A stretch of 64,000 bases of DNA from Sminthopsis crassicaudata (lineage: Eukaryota): contig NC_133617.1 in NCBI RefSeq assembly GCF_048593235.1, forward strand, positions 683,778,958 through 683,842,957, written 5' to 3'. The stretch's first letter is position 1. Each line of letters opens with the position of its first letter. Position numbers and translations under genes: made by a program. The notes under the pieces were generated by a model. The model worked only from the letters and a program-made list of their open reading frames with translations. It did not search any database and was not told the origin of the DNA. Below, one piece after another: positions 63,416 to 64,000 of the stretch.

Positions 63416-64000
63416 TCTAGATTTAAGAAAGTGATGGGAAAAAATGTTAATAATACAGATTAAGCTTTCAAAAAACTGGTAATTAAACATTTATCAATGT
63501 AAATCTAAAATATAATTAATTAAAAGTAACTTAAAAACTTACAAGTCACAAAGTATAAGAAAAATCTAAAGTAAATTTGCAATGATAAATGAAAAAAATG
63601 AAGGATCTACATTAAAGTCTAAAAAAAAAGTAGGTAGAAAAACAGTGGAATACACCTGAGCTTCATGCTTTTCTCATCTGTTATAAAGACAAGATGATTT
63701 TTAAGGTCCCTTAGAGTCTAGTATTCCCTGACACTATTACCATGGCTCAATAGTGAAACTGAAATGGCATTGATTTCTCTATCTCCAATCTACAAAAACA
63801 TGCTTGACAAAAAAGTAATTTGACCAGGGTCACTAATTTATTTCCAACTGGCATTTTATTTGTGCACTAATATCTATGAATTAAATAATCAATAAGAAAG
63901 CCACTGAACTGCTGATTAGAAAATTTGAACCCTTTAAGTTGCTTAAGAGGATTGAAAATTTCTCTAAAGAATGCAACCATAAGAAGAAAATAAAAGGCAT

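Noticed and set aside
1-64000. The ~70 other short ORFs in the six-frame track as genes
   Set aside because: They are 60-110 aa, many use non-ATG starts, and they lie in repeats, microsatellites or AT-rich intron with no recognisable protein similarity. Only 12196..12429 overlaps a real exon.
1-64000. Prokaryotic or phage systems, CRISPR arrays, rRNA/tRNA genes
   Set aside because: The sequence is clearly mammalian intron-exon DNA. There is no repeat-spacer periodicity and no RNA-gene sequence. The tRNA-like boxes seen belong to SINE heads.
52944-64000. GRB10 start-codon exon (MALAGCPDSFLHHPYYQ-like) or the alternative MQAAGPLFRSK-like first exon
   Set aside because: I found no matching translation on the minus strand. 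They probably lie beyond the window, or have diverged.
1-64000. CpG island or imprinting control region
   Set aside because: CpGs are sparse throughout and there is no GC-rich island, so the window cannot speak directly to the GRB10 germline DMR.

Overview
This is AT-rich, CpG-poor vertebrate DNA with marsupial-type repeats (MAR1-like and WSINE1-like SINEs, RTE and a dasyurid-like L1 3' end), so it is probably from an Australian marsupial. The whole window appears to lie inside GRB10 (growth factor receptor-bound protein 10), transcribed on the minus strand. Three consecutive coding exons are present, with canonical AG/GT boundaries and compatible phases: 52943-52850 (94 nt), 12419-12200 (220 nt) and 2292-2151 (142 nt). 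Spliced, they encode the N-terminal and proline-rich region (DKVDQTS...[17 protein letters not shown]...[12 protein letters not shown]...ASKQ). The introns between them are 40,430 and 9,907 nt. I did not find the start-codon exon, the promoter or CpG island, or the RA/PH/BPS/SH2 exons. The rest is intron filled with L1, L2, L3/CR1, RTE, MIR/MAR1, WSINE1-like SINEs, hAT-like MITEs and microsatellites, which account for nearly all of the other short ORFs in the track. I found no convincing evidence of a novel biological system. The best leads are modest: two CTCF-like motifs (relevant because GRB10 is imprinted in eutherians but reported as non-imprinted in marsupials), a candidate 29-nt microexon overlapping AP-1/NF-E2 and GATA motifs, altered proline-directed phosphosites, several enhancer-like islands, and young insertions with intact target-site duplications. 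Repeat family names and human GRB10 comparisons come from memory, not database searches, and repeat boundaries are approximate unless a TSD is given.
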